DNA of 64,000 nt, taken from assembly GCA_964106645.2 (NCBI GenBank), contig OZ067051.1. One strand, written 5' to 3'. Positions 62,201 to 64,000 of the stretch are shown piece after piece. The first letter of the stretch is position 1, and every line of letters starts with the position of its first letter. The notes beneath the pieces are model-generated. The model saw only the letters and a program-made list of their open reading frames with translations, was not told the DNA's origin and did not search any database. This DNA is from Podarcis pityusensis (taxonomy: Eukaryota). The position numbers and the translations under genes are program-made.

Positions 62201-64000
62201 AGCCACCTGTCATTTCTCCACCCCCTCAGCTTCCTCTGCTCCTTGTCACATCAGCTGCAATTTGGTCTCCCTCCCGGGAGCGCTGCCTGATCTCCCCCCC
62301 CCCCCGCTTACTGGGCCCAGCTGTGGGCATTCCCTTCCTCCCCGCCCCCCCAACCCCAACAGCTGTTTAATTCCCTCTTGCTCTGTTTTAATTCCCTGTG
62401 ACGGAAACCCCAGAAAGGCGGGGGGGGGGGCTTCCCCAGCTGCCATCCCTGCCTGTTTAAGAGGCTGCTGGCTGGACAGAAGGAGGGAGGGATGGGGATG
62501 CTGTGCTGAGCTTCTGAATGTGGCCCCCTTCCCCACCTGTGGCCTCAACAGCAACGGTTCACAAACTTGGTTCCATAAGCTGATTCCCAGTGTCCCCCCC
62601 ACTTATCCTATAAAAAGCATTACTCAAATAGCAGTTTGCACCACCCCCTTAATGGTAGATCATAACACAATAACATTCAAAACAATTAATTGCACCTTTA
62701 TTCAAAATCCGATTAAAACTATTCAATGTAATTCCACAAAACAGATGACCTTATTCCAGCAATACCAGCTTTTCAGAGTCTGAAAGTCACCCCCTTGCCT
62801 CTTAGCGTCCCCCTCCCCCTGTAATCCCACCACCCAGTTTGGGAACCAGTGCTCCTCAGTGTTAGGCCCTTCTTGGGGGCTGTTGCGCAGCAGAGGGTGC
62901 CAGGCACAACTCCTTGAGTGACAGGGAAGGGCTCTGGTGTGGGAGGAGGGCAGGTTGGGTGGCTCTGCCTCCTCCTCACACCTTCCTGCCCTTCCACCTG
63001 CAGGCACCCTCACCAAGTTCACTCTAGTTCTGTACGGGACGGCCACCGACCCCCCTAGCCTCTCCAACCAGTTTGAGAGCAGCGGCTGCAAGACCCTGAC
63101 CAGCAGCCAGGCCTGCGTGGGTAAGTTTTGTTGTAGTTATTTGTTTCATTGCATCCATATCCTACCAGGTTCTCCAAGGAGCTCAAGGTGCCACAGTCTT
63201 TCCCTTCCAACAACAACCCTATGAGGTCGAGAGGCAGCGAATGGCCCAAGGTCACCCAGGGAACTTCACAGCTGAGCAGGGATTTGAGCCCCGGTCTCCT
63301 AGGGCATAGTCCAACCGCTACACCTCCACTGGCTCCCAAACCTGCTTCACTCGAAAAGCCTATGCTGGAGCCCTGCTCTGAACAACAACAATTATTTTAT
63401 TATTATTTATACCCCGCCCATTTGGCTAGGTTTCCCCAGCCACTCTGCATAGCTTACAGCATATCTAAAAACATAAAACATCAAGCGTTAAAAACCTTCC
63501 GATACAGGGCTGCCTTCAGGTGTTTTCTGAAAGTTGTGTAATTATTTATCTCTTTGTCATCTGAAGAAAGGCATTCCACAGGGAGGGTGCCACTATCAAG
63601 AAGGCCCTCTGCAGTTGCCACCAAGGTTCCTCCCACTAGGCACTGCTCTGAGTGATTGGGGTACAGAGGGCAGCTTTCATAAGCTGTCCAATGTGTTTGG
63701 TGCAAATAGGAACCATGCCATCTTCTGCCCATGTTCCTGGGCAAAGGGGGCCCCCACAGAGAGGGCTGTGTGGACAAGAGACCCCACACCCTCTCTCCAC
63801 CACAGGTAAGGGGCGGACCTTGCTCCTTGGCGCTGCCTGAATGCTTTTTCTTCCAGAGCCTGGAGGCCTGAGCCCTTCTCTTGCCCCTTCTCTCCTTGCA
63901 GTGTGCGAAGAGGGCTTCTACCTCCACCAGAAGAGCTGCCTCAAAACGTGCCCCCCTGCCTTTGCGCCGGGCACTGTGGCCCCCCCTCTGGAGAACATCC
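50482..64000 (+). CDS. FURIN: Furin proprotein convertase (subtilisin/kexin family S8B); last exon runs off the right edge
   Basis: Coding exons 50482-50661, 55066-55164, 56152-56247, 57895-58023, 58493-58569, 58925-59013, 59721-59893, 60022-60234, 60326-60426, 60548-60651, 60755-60872, 61685-61864, 61958-62082, 63004-63120, 63902->64000. Signal peptide, YTNTWAV, internal RGLAKR site, RRTKR|D pro-cleavage site, catalytic ILDDG / HGTRCAGE / HTGTSASAP, oxyanion-hole ASGNGG, P-domain RRGDL, start of the Cys-rich region. Confidence 0.98.
52050..52310. repeat. Long imperfect inverted repeat (fold-back/MITE-like)
   Basis: CACTTTCTAGGTCCGTGT (about 52086) pairs with ACATGGACCTAGAAAGTG (52261); GCCGCTACCCTTGGAAAAACC pairs with GGTTTTCCCAGGGGAAGCGGC. 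Confidence 0.75.
56679..57191. mobile_element. Tc1/pogo-like MITE inserted in a reversed LINE 3' fragment
   Basis: TIRs CAGGCAACTCTCAGTTTA / TAAATTGGGAGTTGCCTG; TA on the left, CA on the right. Confidence 0.7.
56943..57082. mobile_element. hAT MITE nested in the previous element
   Basis: Almost fully palindromic (CAGTGTTTCCCAAACTTGGGTCTCCA...TGGAGACCCAAGTGTGGGAAACACTG); perfect 8-bp TSD GTTTAGAG (56935-56942, 57083-57090). Confidence 0.9.
59159..59337 (-). mobile_element. Reversed LINE 3' end with (AAT)n tail
   Basis: About 13 AAT units, then TTTATACCCCACCCATCTGGCTG..TTTCCCAGCCACTCTGGGCGGCT. A related longer copy lies at about 63390-63700. Confidence 0.7.
59345..59690 (-). mobile_element. 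CR1 LINE ORF2 fragment
   Basis: Translates to [62 protein letters not shown], the classic CR1 ORF2 C-terminal motif. Confidence 0.9.
62552..62851. mobile_element. Eroded hAT-type MITE
   Basis: Ends CAACGGTTCACAAACT / AGTTTGGGAACCAGTG; flanks CTCAACAG / CTCCTCAG (6 of 8 match). Confidence 0.45.

Noticed and set aside
62001-62783. 260-aa ORF
   Set aside because: Only the first 27 codons are a FURIN exon; the rest is read-through into C-rich intron and repeat sequence.
1-64000. CRISPR arrays, operons or prokaryotic defence systems
   Set aside because: The sequence is vertebrate with spliceosomal introns; no repeat-spacer array seen. The 62-bp repeat has two adjacent copies and no spacers.

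Overview
Eukaryotic (vertebrate) genomic DNA, not prokaryotic. The repeats (Sauria-type SINEs, other squamate tRNA-derived SINEs, CR1/L2 fragments, many hAT and Tc1/pogo MITEs) point to a squamate, probably a lacertid lizard. Seven intron-containing genes can be assembled by hand from splice sites and reading-frame phase: the 5' end of ELL3 (-, runs off the left edge); an FKBP8-like/fkbp16-like PPIase-TPR gene (+, head-to-head with ELL3, last exon ambiguous); SERF2 (+); SERINC4 (-); HYPK (+); MFAP1 (-, with one GC-AG intron); and FURIN (+, runs off the right edge). The most interesting observations are the FKBP8 paralog with an uncertain or lost tail anchor, a phase-compatible SERF2-HYPK chimeric splice across the antisense SERINC4 gene, two in-frame SERINC4 starts (34-aa versus 9-aa first exon), a frame-shifting alternative acceptor cluster in SERF2, a probable fossil hAT transposase, and nested transposons in FURIN introns. 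Homology calls come from remembered protein sequences; no database search was run. Most entries in the supplied ORF track are artefacts of GC-rich, intronic or antisense sequence.
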